A stretch of 64,000 nt of DNA from an uncultured Planctomycetia bacterium (lineage in GTDB: Bacteria > 4484-113 > JAGGVC01). Position numbers and translations under genes: made by a program. The stretch is from contig CAYMAI010000004.1 in assembly GCA_964388445.1 (NCBI GenBank), positions 80,127 through 144,126 of the forward strand, written 5' to 3'. The notes beneath the pieces are model-generated. The model was not told the DNA's origin and did not search any database. It saw nothing but the letters and a program-made list of their open reading frames with translations. Shown piece after piece: positions 37,995 to 47,865 of this stretch; the stretch's first letter is position 1; every line of letters starts with the position of its first letter.

Positions 37995-40952
37995 CTACGC
38001 TCCCGCCTGGGCTTGAGCTTCCTGTAAAAGACTGTCGAAATAGGATTTGGCCTCGGCTTCGATGCCTTCGGGAAGCGGGAAAAACGAACGGAGCTCCGGC
38101 GACTTTTCGGCCACCGCGAACGCCTGCGGGTTCATCTGTTTCACTTTCCAAAGCATAATTTGGCCGAGTTTCCTCTCGTTCGTATAAATCGTGAGATAGG
38201 CGAAGTTGAGAGGGAAGATGTGGTCGGCCGGGAAATTGACGAGGCACGCGCGGAAGTTGTCCGCCGCCTGCCTGTATTCCTTCAAGGGAACGAGCGCGAG
38301 GACGCGGTTTTGCCACGCCAGCCTGTGCTTGGGCTCGATTTTGATTACTTCGTCGTAGCAGTCGATGGCCTTTGCGTATTGCTCGAGCTTTGCGAGAATC
38401 GTGCCTTTGTTGAGCCATGCCTTGAGGTGGTCGGCCTTGAGCTTGATCGTGCGCTCGTAAAACTCGATGGCTTTAAGGTAGTCTTCGAGATTGTCCAAAG
38501 AAAGCGCCCAGTTGAAATAGACTTCAGGATTTCTAAGCTCCGACTTGACGATGCGCTCGAAACAGTCGATGGCGTCGTGATAGCGGCCGAGGTTGTTATA
38601 GGCGATGCCGAGGTCGAGCCAAACTTCGAGAGAGAGCGGGTTTAATTCGAGGCTCTTGAGATACGCCTCGGACTCTTTTTGCCACATCGCTTTTTTATCT
38701 TCAAGGGCGGCTTTCTCGTCGCTGAGCGAGCGGTAGGCGTGGCCGAGTTCGTACCAAGCCTTGTAGTCCTCCGGATTTCGTTCGATGAACTTTTCGAGCG
38801 ATTGGATTTCCTCTTGGAAGCGTTTGAGCTCGTGAAGCAGCCGGCTTTTCATATAGAAGCCGAGGTCGTATTCTTCTTCAAGCTTGATGCAGGTGTTGAA
38901 GTCCGTAAGCGCTCTTTCGAGGTCGCCCAGCTTCCAGTGGACGCGGGCGCGGTTGTAATAGACTTTCGCTTCGTCGGGCTTGCCGCCGATAAACTTGTCG
39001 AACAGGTCGAGCGACTTCGGCATGTTGCCCACGAAGAAATGGGCGAGACCGAGGTTGTTCCACGCGTAAATGTCGTTCGGATAGTGTTCCAGATAGTAAT
39101 CGTAGTTTTCGATGGCCTCTTCCCAGTGGCGCGTGTTGACGAGCGCGCAGCCGCGGTTATAAAGGATGTCCACTTCGGGTTTGAGCTCGTAAGCTTTTTC
39201 GATGTATTCGAGCGCGCGATTGTTCTGGCCGACTTTGCCGAGGATGATGCCGCTGTTGTACCAGGCATAGCTGTGCTTGGCGCTCGATTCGTACGCATTC
39301 TGGAAACAGCTTAGTGCGTCCAAAATGAAACCTTCCTCGTAATACATGATTCCGAGGTTGTACCAGCTTTCCGCGTGCCGCTTGTATTTCGCGATGCAGT
39401 CTTTATAGCCTTCACGCTCTTTCTCGCGGTCGCCGAGATAGTGAAATGCGAGGGCGGCGTTGTAGAACATATAGTCTTCGGGGTTTTTGAATTCCGCCGC
39501 TTTCGTCCAGCATTCGATTTCCGCATCGTGTTTTCCGCCGCGGTTGTTGCTTAGCGCCAGAAGAAGCCACGTTGCACGGTTTTTGGGATTTAGCTCCAGC
39601 GCCTGCTTGAGCGCCTTGACGGATTCGTCGTATTTTTCGAGCTGGAAAAAGCCCCAGCCTTTGCCGAAAAACGCGTTTTCGCAGCGGGGGAAGCGCTTCA
39701 AGACTTCGTCGAGCTTGCCGAGCGCTGTTTCGGCGTTGCCGCGTTTAAGGTCGTTGAACGCGTTTATGAGCATCCGCTGTTCGAAATCTTTCTGCTCGCG
39801 CTCGCGGTCGGGTTTTTTCTTGAACAGGTCGCGAAAGCCCGATTTATTCATTTCGAGAATTTCGTTGAAATCGCTTATGAGGAAGCCTTCGTCGATAAGC
39901 TCGCGGTCCACGAAGTCCACGACTTTCGGCAAGACGAATCCCGAGCGCGGCTTGAGGTCGGTGTAGGGGCTGTGGTTGAAGAAGCTGAATGTGTATTTCA
40001 TCTCCTCTTCGATCAGCGGAAGGGAGAGCTTTTTGCCGAGCGCTTCGAAAAACGCGTCGGACGAAGATATTTCGAAAATCCTGAAATCCTTGCCGGCCGA
40101 GCGCGCCTTAACGAAAAGCTGCATCAATTGGACGGGCGGGCGTTTCACGCTGTCTTTGAACGCCCAGATAAGCCCCTTGTTCAAGACTTCCGGGTCTTCT
40201 TCGACGAGTTCCATTATCGTGTTCATCACACCGTACTCGAGGCCGCCGTAGCCGATGACGAGAAGCCCGGAGCCCCGCAGCGACTCGCGCAGCTTGGCTT
40301 TCATTTCGTCATGCAGCTTGCCCATTCCTTCGCGAAGATAGGTGACGTTGTAATTTTCGACCGAGCCGTGCACTTTCAAAACGTAATGCCGGTTGTCGTC
40401 TTTGATTTCGGGAAGATGCTCGACGTCCTTGATTGTGATGCAGGTTACGCCGCGAAGCAGATAGAAAGCGTCTTCGAGAAGCGTATCCCAGTTTGTCGTG
40501 TAAATAAGCGGATTAATTTTGCCGAACTTGACCGCGAGTGCGAGCAGGAAGTGGCCGGGGGACGGGTCCTTGCCTTTCAGAAGCTTCGAAAAGTATTCCT
40601 TGCGAAGCGTGTTGGCCGGATATTCCTTTTCCAGACAGGAAATATACGCATAGTCCTTGTTGAACCACTTTTCTTTGCCAAGCCAGTCCGCGATGTCTTC
40701 CGCCTTGACCATGCCGCGGCGGGCGGGGTGCATTTTCTCGTAAACGATAACGCTAATCTCGTCCACGATTTCCTGGCTTACCGGCATGCCCGCGCTCTGG
40801 CTTACGCCCGCGCCGACAAAGAACTGCCATTCCTTGCCGTTGGCCGCAATCCGCTCCAAAGCTTCTTCTTCGCTGATGAACGACTCCTCGAAGACCTGCT
40901 TCGGGTCAAGCTCCATCAGCTCTTTTTCCTTCTGGCGGCGAATCTCGATCAT
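37995..40952 (-). CDS. SIR2-domain (SIR2_2-like) / TPR-repeat fusion protein, DSR-like candidate antiphage NADase
   Basis: ATG with GGAGG RBS. N-terminal domain has FFVGAGVSQSAGMP, GHFLLALAV, IYTTNWDTLLEDAF and LKVHGSV, the SIR2 signature including catalytic N and H. It is followed by about 600 aa of canonical TPR repeats. The gene has lower GC than its flanks. Confidence 0.8.
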   Translation of the reverse strand: MIEIRRQKEKELMELDPKQVFEESFISEEEALERIAANGKEWQFFVGAGVSQSAGMPVSQEIVDEISVIVYEKMHPARRGMVKAEDIADWLGKEKWFNKDYAYISCLEKEYPANTLRKEYFSKLLKGKDPSPGHFLLALAVKFGKINPLIYTTNWDTLLEDAFYLLRGVTCITIKDVEHLPEIKDDNRHYVLKVHGSVENYNVTYLREGMGKLHDEMKAKLRESLRGSGLLVIGYGGLEYGVMNTIMELVEEDPEVLNKGLIWAFKDSVKRPPVQLMQLFVKARSAGKDFRIFEISSSDAFFEALGKKLSLPLIEEEMKYTFSFFNHSPYTDLKPRSGFVLPKVVDFVDRELIDEGFLISDFNEILEMNKSGFRDLFKKKPDREREQKDFEQRMLINAFNDLKRGNAETALGKLDEVLKRFPRCENAFFGKGWGFFQLEKYDESVKALKQALELNPKNRATWLLLALSNNRGGKHDAEIECWTKAAEFKNPEDYMFYNAALAFHYLGDREKEREGYKDCIAKYKRHAESWYNLGIMYYEEGFILDALSCFQNAYESSAKHSYAWYNSGIILGKVGQNNRALEYIEKAYELKPEVDILYNRGCALVNTRHWEEAIENYDYYLEHYPNDIYAWNNLGLAHFFVGNMPKSLDLFDKFIGGKPDEAKVYYNRARVHWKLGDLERALTDFNTCIKLEEEYDLGFYMKSRLLHELKRFQEEIQSLEKFIERNPEDYKAWYELGHAYRSLSDEKAALEDKKAMWQKESEAYLKSLELNPLSLEVWLDLGIAYNNLGRYHDAIDCFERIVKSELRNPEVYFNWALSLDNLEDYLKAIEFYERTIKLKADHLKAWLNKGTILAKLEQYAKAIDCYDEVIKIEPKHRLAWQNRVLALVPLKEYRQAADNFRACLVNFPADHIFPLNFAYLTIYTNERKLGQIMLWKVKQMNPQAFAVAEKSPELRSFFPLPEGIEAEAKSYFDSLLQEAQAQAGA

Positions 40953-41251
40953 CTGACCCTCCGAAAATATCTTTCCCCAACCACCTTGTCCGTAAGATAC
41001 GCCGAGACTATTCCTCACGAACACGCGGCTTTTCCGTCGAGGCCACTTTCCGCCAAGCAACGCGTGGCGGCGATACCCGAGCGGGGTAAAGCCGGATTAT
41101 AACACAGCGAAACCCTTCAAAATCAATCCCTTGCGCCAAAAAAAGCAAGAACGAGATTGCGCTTCGCGGCACTTAACCTTCGCGGACGGTTTTTGGCGAA
41201 ATCGGCGGCTTTTCGGGATATAATCCGCGCTTTCAATTTTCGGAGCTATTC

Positions 41252-42355
41252 ATGAAAATCCCTCTCGTTGACCTTTCCGCACAATACGCCGTTCTCGGCG
41301 CGGAAATCGACGCGGCGCTAAAGGGCGCGTGCGAGCGCTCGCAGTTCATTCTCGGCCCCGCGGTCGAAAGCTTCGAAGCGGGCTTCGCCGGATTCACGGG
41401 CACGAAATTTTGCGCAGCGGTCAATAGCGGCACGAGCGCGCTGCACCTTGCGCTAATCGCGGCGGGCGTCCGGCCCGGCGACGAGGTCGTGTGCCCGACG
41501 TGGACGTTTATCGCCACAATCGAAGCCGTGCTTTACGCCGGCGCGATACCCGTGTTGACCGACGTGGACGAGCGCACGTATTGCATGACGCCGGAGGCGT
41601 TTTCCGCGGCGATTACGCCCAAAACGAAAGCGGTCATTCCGGTCCATATTTACGGCTATCCCTGCCGGATGGACGAAATCATGCGAATTGCGAACGAGCG
41701 GGGAATCGCGGTCGTCGAAGACGCCGCGCAGGCGCACGGCGCGTCCTATGCGGGAAAACCGGCCGGATCGTTCGGAAAGGCTGGTTGCTTCAGCTTTTAT
41801 CCCTCGAAAAACCTGGGCGCGTTCGGCGAAGGCGGCGCCATCGTTTCGGACGACGCGGACTTCATCGCCAAGGTGAAGCGGCTTAGAAGCCATGGCGAAA
41901 GCGAGCGCTATATTCATGCGGAACTTGGATTCAACATGCGGATGTGCGGCTTTCAGGGCGCGATTTTGGGCGTGAAACTGCCGCATATCGCGGGCTGGAA
42001 CGATAAAAGGCGCGAAGCAGGGGCTATGTACCGGAAGGCTCTGGCGGACACTCCGCTGACGCTTCCGCCTGAGGACGGCGACAAGGAGCGCCAGGTGTAT
42101 CATTTGTTCGTGGTGCGCGCGCCGAAGCGCGACGAACTTAGGGAATTCCTTACGTCGAAGGGCGTTGGAACGGCGATACATTATCTGAAACCGTCGCACA
42201 AACAGCCGATGTGGACGGGATTGTTCGGCGAGCACCCGCCGCTTCCGGTAAGCGAAAAGCTTGCGGAAGAAATATTGTCGCTTCCGATGTATCCCGAACT
42301 CGGCGCGGAGCAAATCGAATATATCGCCGGTTGCGTTCGCGAATTCTATTCTTGA
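41252..42355 (+). CDS. DegT/DnrJ/EryC1/StrS family sugar aminotransferase
   Basis: N-terminal IPLVDLSAQY. PLP-dependent family pattern (FSFYPSKNLGAFGEGGA). Confidence 0.8.
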   Translation: MKIPLVDLSAQYAVLGAEIDAALKGACERSQFILGPAVESFEAGFAGFTGTKFCAAVNSGTSALHLALIAAGVRPGDEVVCPTWTFIATIEAVLYAGAIPVLTDVDERTYCMTPEAFSAAITPKTKAVIPVHIYGYPCRMDEIMRIANERGIAVVEDAAQAHGASYAGKPAGSFGKAGCFSFYPSKNLGAFGEGGAIVSDDADFIAKVKRLRSHGESERYIHAELGFNMRMCGFQGAILGVKLPHIAGWNDKRREAGAMYRKALADTPLTLPPEDGDKERQVYHLFVVRAPKRDELREFLTSKGVGTAIHYLKPSHKQPMWTGLFGEHPPLPVSEKLAEEILSLPMYPELGAEQIEYIAGCVREFYS

Positions 42356-43815
42356 GTTTCGTCCGCACCGTCCGAAGATTCGACAGGTTCGCCTGTTTCG
42401 CTTTCGCCGTTATTGGACATTTCGCCGCCGCCGGTTTCGTCCGCGGAAACTACGGTCGGTTCGGCTGCAGGTTCCGCTTCTTTCAGGCAAACAAGCCTGC
42501 CGTCGTTCATTGGAACGAGCAGGCGTTTATCGGCGGCTAAAACGAGCTGAGCGCCGCTGACGGCGGCATCGCCCGTAATCTGAAACGAAGCGACGATTTC
42601 TTTGCCCTTCACCGCGAGCACGCGATTGTCGAGCGCGATGTAAACCACGCCTGTCGCGTCCATCACCGGATGAGCGCCGAATTGAGGACCGGCAATGAAC
42701 GATTCCGCGAGCGCTTTGCGCATTTTGCGCGTGCCTTCCGCGTCCGCCCATGCACCCATGTAAATCGCTTCCTTCAGTTCGCCGGGCCGGTCCGAAAACA
42801 TCGCAACGAGCTCGAATTCGCCCGGCGCATCGCCTTCCGCTTCCGCCGTCCTAAGCAGCGGCGGCCAGTAAAGCCCGGAGATGTAATCTTCGTTCTCCTT
42901 CGCAAGCTCTTTTTCGCGGGCAGGCGCGTCGAATAGAAGCTCGATTCGCCACCTTTCCCGTCCGCGCATATCGGACGCGTAAACGTAGCCGTCCATGCAG
43001 GTTGCGAACAACCTGTCTTTGTAGAGCACGGGCGAAGCGAGAAACGCACCTTTTCCGTTGAGCGTCCAGTTGAGCCTGCCTTCGGGGCTTATCCGATACA
43101 CGTTTCTGTCGCTCGACGCAGAATACGCGTTGCCGTCTTCGTCGAACGAAGCCGGATTGGGCGACGTGCCTTTCGTTCTAACGCTCGTTATCGGCTGGCC
43201 GGTGCGGTCGAGCAGGAGAATCGAGCCGTCGGCGAGAGACGCCACGAGTCCGCCATTTGGCGAAATCGCAACGTTGAGAACGCCGCCTTGCGGCATGAAT
43301 CGAGATTCCATCCGCCAGATTTCCTTTCCGTCCATATCCAGGCAAACGATGCCTCCCGAAGTGGCGAGCCAGATTTGGCCGTCGCCGAGCGCCGCTTGCG
43401 AGCGAAGTTCGTCCGGCGTAACGCCGTTTTCGGACGCACCGCCGAACGTGAAAACCGGCGAGCCGCCCGGGTCGAGGCAAACAAGCGCTCCGCCGAGAAC
43501 GCCGGTGTAAATTTTCCCGCTCGAATCTACGACCGGCGAAAGTACCGAGCCTTCGCCGATTGCCGCTTCCCAGTCGATAGCGAGAGTGCGCGGACCTTCG
43601 AGCGCGCTTACCCCGTGATTATCCGCCGTGCCGCCGGCGCGCGGCCAAAAATGGCTTTCGGACGGGGCCGAAATCACTACGCTTGCCGGCGTGAACTTTT
43701 CAGGAAGACCGTCCTTGCCTTCGCCTTCGGGGCAACCGGCGAAAAACGCAACCGGAAGCGCCGCGGCGGCCGCGAGAACGGCGGACAAAAAGAGCTTGCG
43801 ATAATTAAGCGGCAT
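42346..43815 (-). CDS. PQQ-like beta-propeller repeat lipoprotein with acidic C-terminal tail
   Basis: Lipobox (FAGC). Repeated SPxV/ALDxxGxxxW propeller blades. Asp/Glu-rich C-terminus. Confidence 0.55.
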   Translation of the reverse strand: MPLNYRKLFLSAVLAAAAALPVAFFAGCPEGEGKDGLPEKFTPASVVISAPSESHFWPRAGGTADNHGVSALEGPRTLAIDWEAAIGEGSVLSPVVDSSGKIYTGVLGGALVCLDPGGSPVFTFGGASENGVTPDELRSQAALGDGQIWLATSGGIVCLDMDGKEIWRMESRFMPQGGVLNVAISPNGGLVASLADGSILLLDRTGQPITSVRTKGTSPNPASFDEDGNAYSASSDRNVYRISPEGRLNWTLNGKGAFLASPVLYKDRLFATCMDGYVYASDMRGRERWRIELLFDAPAREKELAKENEDYISGLYWPPLLRTAEAEGDAPGEFELVAMFSDRPGELKEAIYMGAWADAEGTRKMRKALAESFIAGPQFGAHPVMDATGVVYIALDNRVLAVKGKEIVASFQITGDAAVSGAQLVLAADKRLLVPMNDGRLVCLKEAEPAAEPTVVSADETGGGEMSNNGESETGEPVESSDGADETQE

Positions 43816-43954
43816 TTATGCACCTTCCGCGCCAATGCGCGACGGCATCGATTATAGCAATGCCAACCGGAATGCACGGAATCGAAACGTCAAGATACGA
43901 AATGAGTAAATCCCGTTTGACGGCGCGAGCGCGTAGTGATAAACTTTCGACGCC

Positions 43955-44506
43955 ATGGTAGAAACGCCCCTTGCCGAATCGTTTTTCGAGGCGCGAGCCA
44001 AGGAAATGCTTCTGTTCACGTACGACGTGTATATGGACGTCGTGCGGCTACACCGCTATATCCCCAGCGCGCGCGAACCACGGCTTTTGAGGCTGCCGAA
44101 TTACAAGCTTTGGTTTCCGAAGTTTTTCTATCCGGCGCAAAGCGGACTTCCGTCCGTCATCAGATCCGAAGGCGACGAAGTATGGGGAATCGGATGGCGG
44201 GCGAGCACGGCGGAATTGCCGAGGTTCAAAGGCAAACTCGTTATGCCTAACCGTTATCACATGATCGATGTGCGGCTGACAGATAGAGGAAGCGACAAAA
44301 TCGCAGGCGTCACGTACGAAATCACGCAACCGGACTTTCCCGAAAGCAAGCCGTCGAAAAGCAAGCTGGAATCCATAATCGCGCTCGGAACAAGCCTCGG
44401 GCTTCCCGATGGCTATCTCGAAAAGCTGGGCGCGCTCGAAACATTGCCCGACATAGATTGGGACGATGCGGAAGGCGCGGAAGGCAAGGAAACCGCGGAA
44501 AATTAA
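43955..44506 (+). CDS. hypothetical protein, possible gamma-glutamylcyclotransferase (AIG2-like) fold
   Basis: Weak N-terminal resemblance (LLFTYDVYMD) to the YFAYGSN motif. Low confidence. Confidence 0.35.
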   Translation: MVETPLAESFFEARAKEMLLFTYDVYMDVVRLHRYIPSAREPRLLRLPNYKLWFPKFFYPAQSGLPSVIRSEGDEVWGIGWRASTAELPRFKGKLVMPNRYHMIDVRLTDRGSDKIAGVTYEITQPDFPESKPSKSKLESIIALGTSLGLPDGYLEKLGALETLPDIDWDDAEGAEGKETAEN

Positions 44507-44527
44507 AACGTAAAATCTGCGGCTCCT

Positions 44528-45610
44528 TTAGCCGGTTTTCTCCGGCGATTTTATATGCGGCAATCTCGGGCGGTCGAGTTTGATTTCACCCGAAATAATT
44601 TCGTTTTTAAAGGTCTCGACCGCCGAAACGTAGGTGTCGTCAACCGTGCTGTAACGGCGGTATTCCGCGAAGCCCGTATTGCCTAGAAGCCCCGAATCTA
44701 GCCCGAACATTTTCAGTCCGGGTTTTTCCTCGCCGCTCGCGCTCGCGGCCGCATCGGATATCAATGCTTCCAGCGCCCCGCGATAGTCGCAAATGTAACT
44801 TGTCACGCAGTTGCCCGGAACGACCGAATCTATATTTCTGCCGAAGGCGAAAAGCCGCCGCTGCGTGCCCGCGATTGCGATGACCGGATAATCGCCGAAA
44901 TGAGCGGAATCGTAGAGCAGATATTCGCCGCCCGCAAGATAGAAAGCCTTGACTGCGGTTGCGATTTTATCGTGTTGAAGTTCCTTCGGGGCCGCCGTAT
45001 CTATGCTTGCCCCGCCGCGAGTCCATTTAGCGCCTTGCTGGATGCCCGACAAAAGCGATAGCCCCCTGTTTGTCGAATCGTCGAAAAACGCGGCGAGTTT
45101 TCCGGCCTTGGTCATTTGAGCGGCAAGCGCTCCGCCGAGAAAACCGAGCGCGGTGTAATCGAAAGTGACGGCCGTAACGCCGGAAGATGCCGGAAACTCC
45201 GCGTCGTAAAACGCATATACGTGCGCCTTTCCGTCCAGCGCCTTTGCGAATTCCAAAATCGAAGGAGGCGTGAAACCCGCGGAAACGATTACGATGCCGC
45301 CGGCGATGTCAAGCTCGCTCGCCGTATCCGCAGACAGATGTTCGACGGTAATCGCTTCGCCGCTTATTTTCTGTGCGGCGGAAAGCTCTTCGAATTTCGC
45401 CGAAAGCTCCGACGCGACAAAGGACTCAATCGAGGACGATGTTCTGGGAATGGGCGCAAGTTCGGGAACGATTAGAGTCGCGGCAACCTTCGCGTGCGCG
45501 CCGGAACCTCGCCGTCCGCCGCCGTTTTCATCTCCGCCGCCGCCAGGACATCCGGCGAGTGCGAAAACCGAAAGCGTCAACAAAACCATAACTGCAAGTT
45601 TTCTGTTCAC
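44528..45610 (-). CDS. BMP-family (Med/PnrA-like) substrate-binding lipoprotein
   Basis: Lipobox (LAGC). Periplasmic-binding-protein type I pattern. No transporter partners in the window. Confidence 0.45.
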   Translation of the reverse strand: MNRKLAVMVLLTLSVFALAGCPGGGGDENGGGRRGSGAHAKVAATLIVPELAPIPRTSSSIESFVASELSAKFEELSAAQKISGEAITVEHLSADTASELDIAGGIVIVSAGFTPPSILEFAKALDGKAHVYAFYDAEFPASSGVTAVTFDYTALGFLGGALAAQMTKAGKLAAFFDDSTNRGLSLLSGIQQGAKWTRGGASIDTAAPKELQHDKIATAVKAFYLAGGEYLLYDSAHFGDYPVIAIAGTQRRLFAFGRNIDSVVPGNCVTSYICDYRGALEALISDAAASASGEEKPGLKMFGLDSGLLGNTGFAEYRRYSTVDDTYVSAVETFKNEIISGEIKLDRPRLPHIKSPEKTG

Positions 45611-45676
45611 GAATCGAATTATAACCTTCGCGTGTTACCATGCGAACGCCGCAGCAATTTGCGGAGTCGTTCCAAT

Positions 45677-46633
45677 ATGCTCAAGTTATTCGCCCTGTCC
45701 GTTGCAGCAACGATTTTGGTTTTGTTTTTCGCTTTGGAAACCGGCGCAGGCGCCGCGGCAAACCCGCGCACTCTTTCCCTCAAGCTTTCGCCGGACGAAT
45801 CGCGGCAAATCGCGCTTGCGGGCTTTTCGGGCGAATTAAACTTCACTCGCTCGGCGGGCGAAAGCGCGGAAATAACCGTGACGATATTTCCCGCCGAAAA
45901 AGGGCTTGGAATACAGGCGAAAATCGCCGCATTCAGACTTGAGAAAATTCAGGGCGAAAACGGAACGTCGGTCACGCTCGTTCCCTTTCCGGGAATCGAG
46001 GACGGCGCTTACAAAATTTCCGCGAGCGCCGCATTGCCTGAAGGCGCGGGGCTTGCCGTCGAGATTCCGGAAGGCTCGGTCAAAATGCGCGGCGTTAAGT
46101 TGGGAAAGGCGGCGGTTCGGGTTTCGGGAGGAAGAATCGACATTTCTTCATGCGCGTTCGTCGCTCTGTCCGCGTACGCAAGCGCTGGAATATCCGCGCG
46201 TTCAAGCAAAGGCGCCCTTAACCTTTCGGCGGACGGCGGCGATATTTACCTGCAGAATCACGCCGGCGCCGTCAGCGCGAACACCGGCGAAGGCGCGATA
46301 AAAATCGAAGGGGGGCTTGGAAACCGCAGCGTGGCGAGCGATTCCGGAAGCGTCTTCATTTCCGCCGCAAGCCCGTCCACTCGCGAAGAGCGCGAGCAGC
46401 ATTTTTACGACGCAATTCAGGTGAACACTTTTTCCGGAAACGTTAAACTCGAACTTCCCGCGGGAGATTATTCGATTTCCGCAATCTCGAAAACCGGCAT
46501 CGTAAGATGGCGAATCGCGAAGGGACTCGGCGTGAAAAAAACCGGCAAGATGACGGTCGTCGGGGAGGGTCACATGGCGGTCGCGGTCGAAACGGAATCG
46601 GGCGGAGTGGATATCGCCGCCGGCTACTCGTAA
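45677..46633 (+). CDS. putative adhesin / DUF4097-like all-beta repeat protein
   Basis: Signal/TM N-terminus. Repeated beta-solenoid-like segments (GxVxLxxxxGxIxI). Confidence 0.45.
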   Translation: MLKLFALSVAATILVLFFALETGAGAAANPRTLSLKLSPDESRQIALAGFSGELNFTRSAGESAEITVTIFPAEKGLGIQAKIAAFRLEKIQGENGTSVTLVPFPGIEDGAYKISASAALPEGAGLAVEIPEGSVKMRGVKLGKAAVRVSGGRIDISSCAFVALSAYASAGISARSSKGALNLSADGGDIYLQNHAGAVSANTGEGAIKIEGGLGNRSVASDSGSVFISAASPSTREEREQHFYDAIQVNTFSGNVKLELPAGDYSISAISKTGIVRWRIAKGLGVKKTGKMTVVGEGHMAVAVETESGGVDIAAGYS

Positions 46634-47562
46634 CTGCGGATGCGCCAGTCGCTGTAATCCTGCGGCCCCGCGCCGGACACCGGACCCGGCTTCGACGAGT
46701 TCGCGAGCATTTCGCTCAAGGTCACGAAGTTATAGCCTTTTGCTTGAATGTCTTCGATAAGCTGCGGAAGAATCGCAATCGTCGCGTCCGAGCCGTCGTG
46801 AAGAAGAATGATGCTGCCCGGCTCGACGCTGTCCAAAATGCTTTTGTGAAGTTTTTTCGGGTCGGAAACGTCGAGATCTTTCGAATTGTACGTCCATAGA
46901 GCGACGGCGAGTTTATGCTCCGCGATGCGTTTCAAAACCGCCTGGTCGTATCTGCCGCCTGGCGGGCGCAAAAACCTTGGGCGCTGGCCGGTGATTTCGA
47001 CGATGGCGTCCACGCTCTGCTTTATTTGGTACACCACTTCGTCGTCCGGCAAACTCGTCAGCCGGAAATGGTCGTAGGTGTGCGTGCCTATTTCGTTTCC
47101 CAGCTGGGCGGTCATCTTGGCCCAGTGGGGATATTTGTTCATCATGAAGCCGACCATGAAAAACGTCGCCCGAATCCGGTAGTGCTGCAAAATCGAAAGG
47201 ATTTTCGACGTATAAACAGGGTGCGGGCCGTCGTCGAACGTGAACGCGACTTCGCGCCGGGCGACGCTGCCGCGAGCCAGCGTGATGACTATCGGATTGC
47301 CGAATTCGTCCAAATTGATTTTCGCCGCCTGCATTTCGTCGAGCAAAACGTCGTCGCGCGAATCAATCGGCGAGTCGTAGCGATACACATCGCCGTTGCC
47401 GCTCGGCGCATCGTCGCCGGAATGGCCTTCCCCGCTGTCGTTGTAAACGTAGTAAGTGTCGCCGGTTTTCTCGTCTTTTTCGAGATTGGCGTAAGCCGCG
47501 TGTAAAACGCCGGAAGCGAGCGTAAAAACAATTAAAAGCGTCAAAAAACGAACGGCGAGCAT
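46624..47562 (-). CDS. polysaccharide deacetylase (NodB homology domain, CE4)
   Basis: TFDDGP motif, RATFFMVG, and His motifs downstream. GGAGGA RBS before the chosen ATG. Confidence 0.75.
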   Translation of the reverse strand: MLAVRFLTLLIVFTLASGVLHAAYANLEKDEKTGDTYYVYNDSGEGHSGDDAPSGNGDVYRYDSPIDSRDDVLLDEMQAAKINLDEFGNPIVITLARGSVARREVAFTFDDGPHPVYTSKILSILQHYRIRATFFMVGFMMNKYPHWAKMTAQLGNEIGTHTYDHFRLTSLPDDEVVYQIKQSVDAIVEITGQRPRFLRPPGGRYDQAVLKRIAEHKLAVALWTYNSKDLDVSDPKKLHKSILDSVEPGSIILLHDGSDATIAILPQLIEDIQAKGYNFVTLSEMLANSSKPGPVSGAGPQDYSDWRIRSYE

Positions 47563-47751
47563 AACGATAAATCCTCCAAACGCGGCCCGAAGGCGCCGGA
47601 TTCTATCATCGCCCCGCCCATTGCGCAACCCTAACGGGCGGCTGGTGTTTGCGCCGGTTATGGCACAAAACCGCCATGCTTCGCCGCCTTTGAGACTAAA
47701 TAGCCTAAAAATCACATCGGAATAGTGTTTTATCGATTTTTCGCCGGGGGA

Positions 47752-47779
47752 TTGAAAAATCTACGCAGTAATGTATAAT
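47752..47779 (+). promoter_or_regulatory. near-consensus sigma70-type promoter TTGAAA-16-TATAAT
   Basis: Located about 90 nt upstream of the ATG at 47866. Confidence 0.35.
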
Positions 47780-47865
47780 GTAAGAGGCAGGGAGTACGCG
47801 CGCTTCGCGCGTCATGTTTGGAATCGTTTTAATTGATCTGTTCCATCTTGGAGAATTGGGAGTTG

